DNA from: Eledone cirrhosa | Lineage: Eukaryota | Direction: 5' to 3' | Length of the DNA: 64,000 bases | Assembly: GCA_964016885.1 (NCBI GenBank) | Contig: CAXHJY010000177.1 | Location: 28,055 to 92,054 of the forward strand | Shown here: piece by piece, positions 25,500 through 37,524 of the stretch | Position numbering within the stretch: position 1 is the first letter of the stretch | Layout: the number at the start of each line of letters is the position of its first letter | The notes under the pieces: model-generated | What the model was told of the DNA's origin: nothing | Seen by the model: the letters and a program-made list of their open reading frames with translations, nothing else | Databases searched by the model: none | Translations under genes and position numbers: made by a program

Positions 25500-27290
25500 C
25501 ACACTCCCATGTCCTAAAGCTCCAACCATGCCTGAGACATGACCATTACTGCCTGCTTCAAGTTAAATGAAGAAGACAAAAATGCAAGCAAATACATATA
25601 TCCAGAAAACTGTTTCAATGAAACCAAGAAAAAATGAAGAAGGAATAACATCATTAGTAAATGATCAGAATAGTCAGCTCCAGAGTTGAATTTTTCACGT
25701 GCCAGACAAAGAGTTTTGAAGAACTACAAACAGTGGAAGGAGAAACATTCCCAACCTTCAAAAAGTCCTGCTTGTGACTGGGTCTTATTGAAACCGATTA
25801 CTATTTAAGCCAAACTCTGCAGGAAGCTGCTACCCACCACATGCTAACAACTTCATATGATGTTTGCTGCTCTTTGTTGTTTACTCTGTGCCAGCCAATG
25901 CACTGCAATTATGGAACACACAAGGAGTAAATGATTGAGGTCTATTTGCATCAAGTGATGGATGGTCAGCAAGCTGAAAATATGGCATTTAGTTACATTA
26001 ATGCAATATTGATTGAAAATGGTACCAAACTGCACAAACTATTGAGATGCTTCAACCTGATCGCCAAATTGACGTCAATATTGATTCTCTTAGTCAAGAG
26101 CAACAAATGATTGTTGGTACTGTAATTGATGCCAATCAACAGAGGAGAAACGGTGAAAGGCCTGCATGGAGGGTTTGACAAAACAAACCTGTTCAATACA
26201 CTGATTTTTCACCTCCAGATGAATAACTATCAGGTGAGCTTGGACCGGCATAGCGTCTACACTGCTGCTTGGAGGTAGAACTGTGCATAATTTATTCAAA
26301 CTACCTGTTCTGCTAACAGAGACCAGTGTGTGTAATGTGTCTGGCTTGTGTGACCATGCCAATTACTTATGGAACCTGAATGAGGCTTTTATGATTCCTT
26401 CCTATGCAATTCATGCCTTTAAGACATCACTGGTGTCAATGAAGTGTTTGGAGGAAAGGTTTTGCTTTTGTAATGTGACTTCAGGCAACTGCTGCCAATA
26501 TTACCAAGGAGTACTTGTGAAGCCACATTAGAAACATGCCTTAAAAACTCATCTCTGGCACTTCTTTTAACATTTTAGATTAAGCAATAATATCACAGTA
26601 AGAGATCAGAGAGAGTCTGTGAAGTGGCCATTACATCTTGGCAATGAAACAACCCCTCCAGTTGAAGTGCCTCCATTATCATGTGTAAATGACTCTTTAG
26701 TGAAACATTTTCAGCAATACAATGCAACAAGAGAAGAAAATGCAAACGATTTTATCTCCCAAGAATGCTGATTGTAAACCTCTTCATTGATTAATAGGCA
26801 GAGTACTGATTGTAGGCTCATCAGTGAGCACTCTGAGGTGGACAGATATTCTGAATTCCGGGATGCCACCTCACAAACTTCAATTAAAAGTAGGATCAAT
26901 AATAATGCTTCTATGGAATATTTCAATCTAGAACAAATTATGCAATGTCACAAGATTAGAAGTAGTAGGATTGTATCAACATTTTATTGAAGCTTCTCAT
27001 ATCAATGGTCCTTTGATGGGCAGGTGTGTTTTAGCCCACAGAGATCCCAACATCCCATTTACTGTCATATGCTATGACAATCAACAAGAGCCAGGGTCAA
27101 ACATATGATAAAGTGAGTCTGTTCCTTCTTGAGCCAGTATTTAACCATGGGCAATTGCATGTCGCTTTTTCAAGAGTACACAGACAGTCAGTTGTAAAAA
27201 TTGAAGTATTGAACACTGATAAGCAAGAGAGGCGAGGTAATAAAACTGTGACAAAGAACATCGTCTGCAAACAGATTTTAAGATAAGAAC
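25500..27290 (+). mobile_element. Helitron Rep/PIF1-helicase relic
   Basis: AWTGIASTLLLGGRTVHNLFKLPV (about 26237-26310) and [10 protein letters not shown]...[14 protein letters not shown]...TKNIV (27074-27286). Many stops. Confidence 0.85.
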
Positions 27291-27430
27291 AAGTTGCAAT
27301 GGAATTGAAACTAGTCATGTAAATAAAAAGATTGTGTGTATTTTCTATATCATTTTGTGTACATTAATTTTATATAATGTAAAGTAATTATGATAAAATA
27401 TTGCATAATGAGGAATATGCAATTATATAC

Positions 27431-27766
27431 TGGAGGCACATGGCTTAGTGGTTAGAGCATTGGCCTTGCAATCGAAAGGTTGTGAGTTCAATTCTCAGAC
27501 CGGGTGATGTGTTGTTTCCTTGAGCAAGACATTTTATTTCACATTGCTCCAGTTTACTCAGCTGTAGAAATGAGATGATAGGACTGGGGTCCCTATCATT
27601 CCACTGCAAAGTGGTCGTAAGGTGCCATGGAAAAAAAGCACCCAGCACTCACTGTAAAATGAGGTTGGTGTTAGGAAGGGCATTCAACTGTAGAAATCAA
27701 GCCAGAATCAGTTTCCATCCTACTCTTGCAAGCAGGGAAAAGCGGACGTAAAATGATGATGATGAT
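27431..27766 (+). mobile_element. tRNA-derived SINE, same subfamily as 1545-1880
   Basis: Close sequence match, A/B boxes, (ATG)n tail. Confidence 0.88.
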
Positions 27767-28269
27767 ACTGATCTTGTTTCAATAGAATTAAATACTAACA
27801 AATGTATTAAGTATTGTATAGATTGTTATTTATTTTTCTCTCTGATCTGTTTGTCTAATCTGTTTGATTCTCATGCAAACATCATACCAACAGAAATATA
27901 TATTTTTCTGTTGCATGAGCTGACTATTTTACGTGTTACTTTTTAATTAAATCGTGTGGACCTCAGTCAGTTTAAGAGCTGATGGTGTATACAAATGTTT
28001 GTGTGATCTTCTCTCGTCCATTTTCTTCCTATCACTTCTGCAGGCCAACACACCTCTAGCCACTGACGGCATTTTACTGTTTTAACAGTTTTCTTGCGCT
28101 GAGTTGTTCTCATTCTACGAATTCTAATACACTTGCGCTTCAAACTCGATATTCGAAATAACTTTGTATATTTTCGTATCATTTATTGCACAGGCAACAA
28201 TAAGATTTATATGCAATAGAAATGCAAATCATCCTTTCTTTCTTAAATAGCCCCTCTTAATTTTTTCGT

Positions 28270-28296
28270 CCGTAAAATTTTCTCGGGTCTTGCTAG
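28270..28296 (+). mobile_element. probable Helitron 3' terminus
   Basis: Imperfect hairpin ccgtaaaattttctcgg followed by CTAG|T. Confidence 0.45.
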
Positions 28297-29203
28297 TATA
28301 TATATAGAGAATAGTGGTCATGACAAAAAAGAAAGTGCCCAGCCCACACTATAAAGTGATCTTGTAGGTATCATGTCAAAAAGTACCCAGCACACACTGT
28401 AAATGTGGTTGGTGTTAAAAAGGGCATCCAGCGATAGAAGCCAAGCCCAAACCAGTTCTGTACGAACAAGACATGGTCATCAGACCTTGCTTGTCTCACT
28501 ATGAGACAACTCATCAAACCGAGGCTAGCATTGAAAAATGGATGTTAAACGGTGATGATGTTGATGATGATATATATATATATATATGTGTGTGTATTTC
28601 GGTTGGAAACTATTTGGATAAGGTTGTAATAGAGTCAGCAACTACAAAAAAAATGATTATTGAATATATATCTTTATTGAAAATATCTAAATTAGATACA
28701 TGATGATGTCTGATGACCAATTATAGCTGTATTGAACTTGGAAAAAAGCATGGTTGTTTTTTTGATATATTGATATTTTCAACATATCCAATCTGTGCCA
28801 AAATAGACGGCTCAATTCAATTCAGAATAGACGACTCAATTTGATTCAATAAACTGTTCAATTATGTCATTAGCTTGTTTGCAAAGATGAGATCATTTTT
28901 AGTCTTCTATTGGTTTCAGTCATGGAGTTAATCTTATTGACCCCCAGGACTTATTTTATCGATCTTGTATTGTCGAACCACTAGTTGCTGTGTGAGTTTT
29001 CTGAAAGAAGCAAGAAAGAGAGAAATAAATAACAGAACTATTTTGTGTACAAATACACACATTTGTTTGTGTCTGTGTGTATATATATATATGTATATAT
29101 ACATATATTTCTTCATTGTACTGCGTTGTTTGCCTTGTTCCCGATTACCTTTTGCATATGGTGTATGTGTGTATAAATAAAATAAATAAATAAATATATA
29201 TAT

Positions 29204-29245
<42 letters not shown>

Positions 29246-29445
29246 CTGTAATGTGGCCGTGTAGGCAACACGGTAAAAACCTCCCAGACCCACACTGTAA
29301 ATGTGGTTGGTGTTAGGAAGGGCATCCAACTGTAGAAAACCTGCCAGACAGTCCTATGCGAGCAAGACAATCACACTTGCCTCAAGTGGGACTACCCCCG
29401 TCCAAACCCATGCAAGCGTGGAACACGGACGTTAAACGTTGATGA

Positions 29446-29480
<35 letters not shown>

Positions 29481-29713
29481 CAACACCAGTTTTTAAACAA
29501 ATGCAAACAGAAACACATATGGGCTTCTGCACACTTTCTGTCTACAAATTTCCACACAACTGTATCCTTGCCAATCCGCTATCTCCTTTTTCTATATTTA
29601 CTTGGGTAGGATGGATCTGAAAATTTATTCAATTGTCTTCTAACTTATCGGTCTTCTACAAAAATTTTAGGAGTAGCACCCGTTTAGATCCTCCCAATAT
29701 ATGGTTATATTAA

Positions 29714-30615
29714 CTCTTAACGTCCTGTACCACATGACACCACATTAACAAGACATTCTTGAAAAGTACAAAACAACATTATGACTGCATCACATTAAAA
29801 ATTGTGAGGGGTGGAAAGAGACCTCAAAAGGTGAAATGGCTGATGTAGCAGATATTGCTGGCTGTCATCCCCAGTAATGCTTTCACCATCTTATCTGCAG
29901 GGGGCAGCTGAGATGTACCACTTTAGCCAAGGCTGTAGTATTTGCCCCCTCCCTCCTATTCAAAATATAATTTTCCTTACCCTTTGTTTTCTTTTTCTCT
30001 TGTTTTAAATACATACACACATTATATATATATATTGGCAGTATCGATAGAGGGCCGGACGCCATGCTTTGACGTATAGAGTTACGGCCCTTGCCATTCT
30101 GAGTTCAAATCCCACCGAGGTTAACTTTGCCTTTCATCCTTACGGCGTCGATAAAAAAAAGTAGCAGTAATGCACTGGGTAATTGCTGGCCTTGTGCCAA
30201 ACGTAGAAACAATTATATATATATACTTTCATTATTATTTTGGATTGGCAGTATCGGTAGAGGGTCGGACGTCATGCTTTGACGCATAGAGTTACGGCCC
30301 TTTCTATTCTGAGTTCAAATCCCGCCGAGGTTAACTTTGCCTTTCATCCTTACGGCGTCGATAAAATAAAGTACAAGTAATGCACTGGGTAATTGCTGGC
30401 CTTGTGCCAAAAGTAGAAAGAATTATTTTTTATTACAGAAAATTTACAGTAAATATCCAAAAAATAATGTAAGCATTTGAATTAATAAACCCATTTTTAG
30501 ATATTTCCTGCAAATATTTACAATGATTGTCCACTATTAAAAGATAGTATAAACATTTTAATTAACAAAGCCATGTTTAAATATTTTCTGTTAAATCTTT
30601 GCAGGGTGTTAAGAG
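29714..30615. mobile_element. piggyBac-like non-autonomous element with two nested SINEs
   Basis: TTAA on both sides, TIRs ctcttaacgtcctgta / tgcagggtgttaagag. A related right end lies at about 19115-19180. Confidence 0.6.
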
Positions 30616-31653
30616 TTAATATAACTGTTCTTAATAGACTTGTTATATCGCTTCTATAATTTCAAGGGAAATAATTTTACTAAAGCAAAAATTTCTCAAA
30701 AGCTTTCAAGGGAGACAACTTTACCAGACATATTTATGAATACTTTCCACTTATTTCCCCTTTAAAAACTTTAAAACCAGAAACGTTGAAGATTGGTTGT
30801 TTTAGTGTCCACCAATGTGTAACAATGGTTTCCAATTTAGGCATAAGGCTAGCAATTTGGGAAAGAGAAAAGTTGATTAACTTGCCCTCAGTACTTTATT
30901 TTATGAAGGATGAAAGACAAAGTTGACCTTGGCATTAATGGCCATAATAACTAATTGCCACATAGCAATTTATTCAATGCTCCAACAATTCTACCTGATG
31001 CTACAACCTAAAGCAGCTTAGCGCAGAGAGCTGGAATAAATATCACAAAGAATTCTACCTGATGTTCTACTTCTAAGATTACCTTACGAAAAGCTTTTTT
31101 TTTATAACTTATAAACAATTTCAGAAGAATTAGTCGTCACTCTTTATTACATGGAATACAAGAAATATGTCTTCAGCCTTTTTTCAACAATTACATCATC
31201 ATTTGCCCAGAACTCCTTATGGATTCATAGGGACAATAAGACACATACACACCTGATTTATACACAGTTTCAACTATTGTTTACAGTAAAATGACGCTTG
31301 CTCAAAATACTGTGGAGTGGAGATTGAGCCCTCACTACATGATATCTGTAAATTACATATGAAATAAATAATAAATGTTATAAATGACTGATAAGTTTCA
31401 AAAAACCTGTACAATGTGGTAGAAATATATAAAGGGAAAAGGATGATACATAAAACAAAACATTTGAAAAGTGGGTAACAGCCCTGAAATATGTTGAAAT
31501 ATACTGGGTAAAACATTACTTTGTTTTGTTTTATGTCATCCTTTGCTCTTTATATATTTCTACCATATTGTACCAGCTTTCTGAAACTTATCAGTCATTT
31601 AATACATATCTCACAAACCTTTGTATAAACTATACTAATAAATGTTGCTTACT

Positions 31654-31796
31654 TTATTTCTGACGTTTTCGTTTCTTCAGTGATGAATCTATGACATTCA
31701 GGGTCAATCTGTTGATGGCATTTTCTTTGGATTTCCGTGATTTACTTTTCAACAATAGAGTACAAAGTTGGGGACAGTTGTCATTGCTTGGCTTAC
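31654..31796 (-). CDS. terminal exon of polyQ protein, ending in NLS-like KKRKRQK*
   Basis: Pyrimidine tract ccttttccttctgttcAG, phase 1 match. Reads (G)KPSNDNCPQLCTLLLKSKSRKSKENAINRLTLNVIDSSLKKRKRQK-TAA. The three exons sum to 2127 nt (709 codons). Confidence 0.72.
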
Positions 31797-32243
31797 CTGA
31801 ACAGAAGGAAAAGGTTAGAAATAATGTTGAGAAAGTATTGTATTGGAGGTAAGCATATCATGGGCAGATTATTACATTTAGTAAAATGTGTTTTATGATC
31901 AAGAAAAACAGATGAAGGTGATGAAATGAAAGATAGAAAATAAACTGACATGAGGCAATTAGACAGCAAAAGTAAGGGAAGCAAGAGAGAAAGTGAGAGA
32001 GAGAAGGGAGTGAATGACTATTACAGAGAAAGACAAACAAACTGAAGAATAGATGTGAGACAATGGATTAGATGTAAGACAGAATGGATGAAAGTGAGAC
32101 AGAATGAAAGAAAAGGAAAATAGAAAATGGAATAAATGAAAATCAAAAGGGGGAAAAAAAAAAAAGGTAGAAAAATGTCAGAAATAATGAAAAAATAAAA
32201 AATAAATAAAACAAAAAAAAAACAAACAGTTAAAATGACTTAC

Positions 32244-33950
32244 CTTTCAGTAAATCGTTATGTACATAATCTAGTGTTCCAGCAGGTGTGGTGGAAATGT
32301 AGGAGTTCGTGACAGAACGAGGGATTGGCTGTTTGTTGGATTGGCTCTTAGTTAACTTTGTAGGGTATTTAAAGGAGATCTTGTTAGAGATAGTAGGAGA
32401 ATGAATTCCATTGGTTTGGATAGCTACTGTTTTTATATTACTGTCGTCTTCATCAATTGTTAGTTTAGCTGGTATGGTTTTATGACTGAGCCTTGAGGTC
32501 TGGCTCTGTGCTGTGTATGTAGTACTGCGATGAAGAAGTGATGGTGATGGTGACAATGATGATGACGACGGTGATGATGATGATAATGATGATGATGACA
32601 ACGACGGTGATGGTGGCACAACCTTCAGAGGAGTCACTTTCTTATTCTGAGTATACATCTGTGGAAATGACAGCAATGGGGCTGTGCCACCATCACAAGA
32701 CTTTTGTTGATAATATTGATCAGTAATGGTAATAACCTGAGCATCTTTGCTCTTTCCCGTGGTTGACTTCACTGCAACGACACTACTGGAGTTTGACAGC
32801 TGTGTCCCTGATTTTGATGGCATTTGGGATTGTTGTTGTTGTCTAGTTGGCAAAAGCTGTTTCTTTTGATATTGGTGTTGCTGCTGTTGATATGATTGTG
32901 CTTGGTGCTGCTGTTGTTGGTATTGCTGCTGCTGTTGTTGGTATTGCTGCTGCTGTTGTTGGTATTGCTGCTGCTGTTGTTGGTATTGCTGCTGCTTCTG
33001 CTGCTCATATTCTGTTGATTTCTGCCTTTGCTCCAACTGTCCATATAAATCTTGTTGTTGTTGCAGCTGTTTTAATTGCATTTGTCGTTGCAAAGCTTTA
33101 TATACAACTTGGTACACCCGGTGTTGTTTCTGCTGCAGTTCATACATTTTCTGATCACTCTGCTGACCTTGTTGTTGTTGCAGTTGTTGCAGCTGGGATT
33201 TTAGTTCATTTTGATATTGCTGCAATGTATATAATACTTCTTGCACATGTTGTTGTTGCTGTTGCAGTTGCTGTAAATGCTGTTGTGGTTGTTGCAATTG
33301 ATTTGGATGATATTGCTGCAGTTGTTGCTGTTGATTTGGAAGGTACTGCTGCAGTTGCTGCTGTTGCAGTTGATAGGAATGGTACTGCTGCAGTTGCTGC
33401 TGTTGTGGTTGTTGCAGTTGATAGGGATGGTACTGCTGCTCTTGAGAGAGTTGTTGTTGCTGCTGCTGTTGCAGAGGCTGATATTGTGGTTGCAAATATG
33501 ATTGGTATTGTTGCAGCTGTTGCTGTTGTGATTGTTGTTGGTGCTGAAGTTGTGATTGCGATTGCTGCTGCAATTGCTGTAGAGTACAGCCAATCCCAAC
33601 ATTCTCTTTCCTTTCCCCTTTTCCATTATAATCCAATGCTCCTGCTGCTGAGGAGGAGGATACTGTTGCTGCTGATGGTGAAGCTCTCTTGGAAACTGTT
33701 GTAATAGATTCATTTTTCAAGTCAGCCTCCTTTTGGTCCATAGTTGCTGGCAAATTGATCACTGGAACATCCCTTTTGCTTTCTTGGTATTTAACTCCCA
33801 GGTTTGATTTAGTGGTAGCTGAGTTACTGGCTGGTCGGAGATAGATGTCCATAGAATGTTTGCATATTGTAGTTTTGCATCTCAACTCATGTGCTAAAAT
33901 TACCTGGGTTAGTTCAGCTGGTTGTGAATAGATCAAAGACTTTACAAGAC
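32244..33950 (-). CDS. large exon of polyQ/Ser-rich protein
   Basis: attcAG acceptor at 33952-33951 and GTAAGT donor at 32243. 1707 nt open, with Q-rich (QQQYQQQ) and S/P-rich tracts plus unique sequence at both ends. Confidence 0.8.
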
Positions 33951-34329
33951 CTGAATAATAGGAATATTAACATAACATAAATAATAATAATAATAATTGT
34001 TTCTATATTTGGCACAAGGCCAGCAATTTAAAGGGAGGGGAAAGTCGATTAAACTAACCCCAGTGTATTACTGGTACTTTATTTTATCAACCACGTAAAG
34101 ATGATGGGTAAAGCTAACTTTGGTGGGATTTGAACAAAAATAATAACAGCACAATAACAATAATAATTGTTTCTACTTTAGGTACAAGGCCAGCAATTAT
34201 CCAGTTCATTACTGGTACTTTATTTTATCGACCCCGTAAGGATGAAAGGCAAAGTAAACCTCGAATAATAATCAGCCAAAATGGGATTCCTCCAAATAGT
34301 CTTTGGAGTGACTATACTCGATAACGTGT

Positions 34330-34800
34330 ATTTCAGAGACTAGGGAGTTTCTCCAGATAGAGCCACTACTTCTCCACATCAAGATATCACAGTTCCAGTA
34401 CACAAGTGGGCAGAATATTTAAAGAAAGAATCACTGGACAGAGGTTACGGGCAAAGCCAACTGACAGAAGGCCCAGAAGTAAACCACAAGCAGGATGGTT
34501 GGATAACATCCATAAGCTTGGCTGGGGACTGTCGGATTGTTTAGCAATTTTTACTTGTGATAGACCTCTCTTGAAAGCCTGTCTGAGGGTTCTGTCCTCA
34601 CAAAGAAGAAGAAGAAGAAGGTGAAGAAGAAGAAGGTGAAGAAGAAGAAGGTGAAGAAGAAGGTGAAGAAGAAGAAGGTGAAGAAGAAGAAAAAGGTGAA
34701 GAAGAAGAAAAAGGTGAAGAAGAAAAAGAAGAAAAAGAAGAAAAAGAAGAAAAAGAAAAAGAAGAAAAAGAAGAAGACCACCACCACCAACAACAACAAC
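34330..34800 (+). mobile_element. decayed RTE-like 3' end followed by expanded (GAA)n tail
   Basis: RPRSKPQAGWLDNI resembles the RTE C-terminal RPRGRPRxxWxDxI motif. GAA/GGT purine tract at 34603-34777. Confidence 0.5.
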
Positions 34801-34841
34801 CAAATATCAACTAAGTATATTTAATAGGATTTAAAACTTAC

Positions 34842-35118
34842 GTTTTTGAAAGGTTGGATGCAAGTCTGGTATTGTTGTGTAATCATATTCCATTCCTAAA
34901 ACCATATTAAGCATCACGTTCTCATAGATTTTAAAATTACTTTTAATTATCTCCCTTGCATTTTGTACTACTTCACATTGGTGCTCTTGGACACCATTCC
35001 ATTGCCGCTGAGTTTCTAGTTGAGCTTGCTTTAGTTTCATCTCCTTGTGTGTTTCCATTATCGGCTGCCGAGGTTGTGGTTCAGCTTTCTTTAGTTTCAT
35101 ATTTTTGCGTGTTTCCAT
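34842..35118 (-). CDS. first coding exon of uncharacterised 708-aa polyQ/Ser-rich protein
   Basis: ATG at 35118 with an in-frame TAA just upstream, and GTAAGT donor at 34841. Phase 1 gives C|GT = Arg with the next exon. Likely acceptor (TAG/CAG after a pyrimidine tract) near 35212-35217. Confidence 0.65.
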
Positions 35119-35530
35119 TGCTAGCTGTTGTAGTTAAGCTTGGGATTGCTATAGTTTCGTATTTTCACGGGGCCCGATTGTATATTATTAAAACTTATAG
35201 AATAAAGCAATCTGCTATAAAATAAGGAGGAAGGTAAAAAAAAATTTGTTAATAATATATCCGCGTGAAATCATGAGGTTCTGATGCTAGAGTTCAACCT
35301 TACTTTCTCCACTGTTATCCCATTCATAATTCTCTCAATATATATGCTCAATCATTCTCATCCCCCATTTTCTCCCTTTCATTCTCTCCCTTTTTTCCGT
35401 TCATAAGAGGTTTTGTTTAAACCTGACTATCTGATATGATCATCGTAGCAGCTGGCTGTTTTACAGCTATTTCCACGCTTGAGATTCCTACAATTTTACG
35501 AAATTAATCAATCACACACACACATCTATA

Positions 35531-35665
35531 CAGGTAAAATTCTGTTAAATTATAACGAATTTTTTTTCAATCCCAGATTTGTTCCGTTCGATCTCGTTAT
35601 AAAGGATTTTTCGTTACAAAGAATTTTTTACACCTTGTGAATTTCGTTATAACGGAATTTCATTA
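35531..35665. mobile_element. Tc1/mariner-type MITE (same family as 25276-25439)
   Basis: Reverse-complement similarity, TA flanks. Confidence 0.65.
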
Positions 35666-35925
35666 TATATATGTGTGGCGGTGGATTGGTAGTATCGGTA
35701 GAGGGTCGGACGCCATGTTTTGCAACATAGAGTTACAGCCCTTGCCATTCTGAGTTCAAATCCCGCCGAGGTTAACTTTGCCTTTCATCCTTACGGGGTC
35801 GATAATATAAAGTACCAGTAATGCACTGGATAATTTCTGGCCTTGTGCGAAAAAGTAGAAACAATTATATCTATGTGTGTGTGTGTTGAATGATTGATTG
35901 ATTGATTCTCTCTCCTTATCCGAAC

Positions 35926-35961
35926 TTTCCCGAAGAAGGACTTCTGTCCGAAATGTTGAAA
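35926..35961 (+). ncRNA. degenerate minimal hammerhead ribozyme
   Basis: tttc-CCGAAGA-a-ggac-ttct-gtcc-GAAA-TG-TT-gaaa. Core U>C change, and the AACGTT palindrome decayed to AATGTT. Confidence 0.45.
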
Positions 35962-36488
35962 CCTCCTCCACTTCCAAACGTGAACTTAATATAACTAAAA
36001 ATTGCCTCCTGTGTTTTGTTCGTTTCATTTATTAACACATATGTATGTGTGTGTGTGTATATATATGTATATATTTAGTGAAAGCGTGTGGCTGAGTTGT
36101 TAGAGAATAGGATTCACAATCTTGAGGTTGTGAGTTCGATTCCTGGACCAGGCGATGCGTTATGTCCTTGAGCAAGACACTTTATTTCACGTTGCTTCTT
36201 CTACCTGGAGTTGCAACCGATAGATAGTATTAGCAATTGGAAAGACCAACAGAAACATTGTTTCCTCGGTCCGATTTGACGAAAGTTGATCGATCCTTAA
36301 AAAATATATATACATATACAAACACACACAATGGTTGGCATTATAAGGGGTATACAGGTGCAGGAACCAACACAAAATCAGTTCTGTATGAGCAAGACAT
36401 GGTCATCGGACCTGGCTTGTCTCAGAATGGGACAACTCATCCAACCCATACTAGTGAGGAAAAATGAACGTTAAACGGTGATGATGAT

Positions 36489-36547
<59 letters not shown>

Positions 36548-37041
36548 GTGCGTGTGCGTGTGTGTGCGTGTGTGCGTGTGCGTGTGCGTGTGTGTGCGCG
36601 TGTGCGTGTGTGTATACGAGGGTGGGCTGAAAAGTTCATAGGCTGACTATGAAGACGTGTAGTGTGTATATTGAAGTGTTGCTAGAGCTGTGAAATCAAG
36701 CATGCATTAATTTCAGTGTGGAAAACTTATTCTTGAGTCTAAGGAATTCACATGCCAAGTTTGAACCTGATTGGTCCACGGGTTTTTAATTACATTGGAG
36801 ACAAACAAACGAGTTATTTTATATGTGTGTGTGCGCATGTTCACTCATAAAATCATTGTTACAACTGTATTTTCCTTCTTTAAAAACCTATGCCAAAGCA
36901 TTGTAAAATAAGAATATACACATTATTAGGAATATCTGACTTTCTGGAACAAAATGGTCTGTATAGTTTAAAACTGTTTTCATCGATATTTGTGAAATAT
37001 ATACTTAAGCATGTACTACAGTAAGTCTATTTATTCTAAAC

Positions 37042-37524
37042 CAGGCATGGGCAACCTTTTTCGAGAATCGGGCTGCATGGGATATGGCTCGTCATCAGGC
37101 GGGATGCAAGCACTAATTTACATTCGTACCCACATTAACAAAAAAGGGCAGTAACTTAGGTTGTTTTGATTTGTTTCTTCAAAATTTGTACACGTTTTCC
37201 TCGATCGTAAAAATGATAGAAAGATAAATTACGACTGAAAAGTTGAGGTAAAAAAATCAGAAAGATTTCACTTAGGTGAGCCATTCAATTCAATTCAATA
37301 TGTTTGGCAGAAAATAAAACATAGATGCTTCAAGTGCCATGTAAGGAGGTGAGGGGGGGGGGGGGGGGGGCCAAATTTACACAGTCGGAAACAGTGGTCC
37401 AACACCGGTCCAATTTCGCCTTGAATTGTTGCGTGGTTGGCGCATTGACTACTTCTGGAAGCCGATTCCAGGCTCCAGAGATGCGGTTCAGAAAGCTTCG
37501 TGGGTCGCAGGTTTCCCATGACTG
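37042..37524. mobile_element. hAT (Charlie-like) non-autonomous element containing a CR1 3' fragment
   Basis: TIRs caggcatgggcaac / gtttcccatgactg, with perfect 8-bp TSD TTCTAAAC at 37034-37041 and 37525-37532. Confidence 0.85.

Noticed and set aside
32538-33713. Alternative-frame and antisense ORFs over the polyQ exon (Val/Ala-, Asn/Ser-, Leu-rich)
   Set aside because: Shadows of CAG/CAA repeats. Only the Q frame fits the splice phases.
34387-34824. Poly-K/F/L/S ORFs
   Set aside because: (GAA)n microsatellite translations
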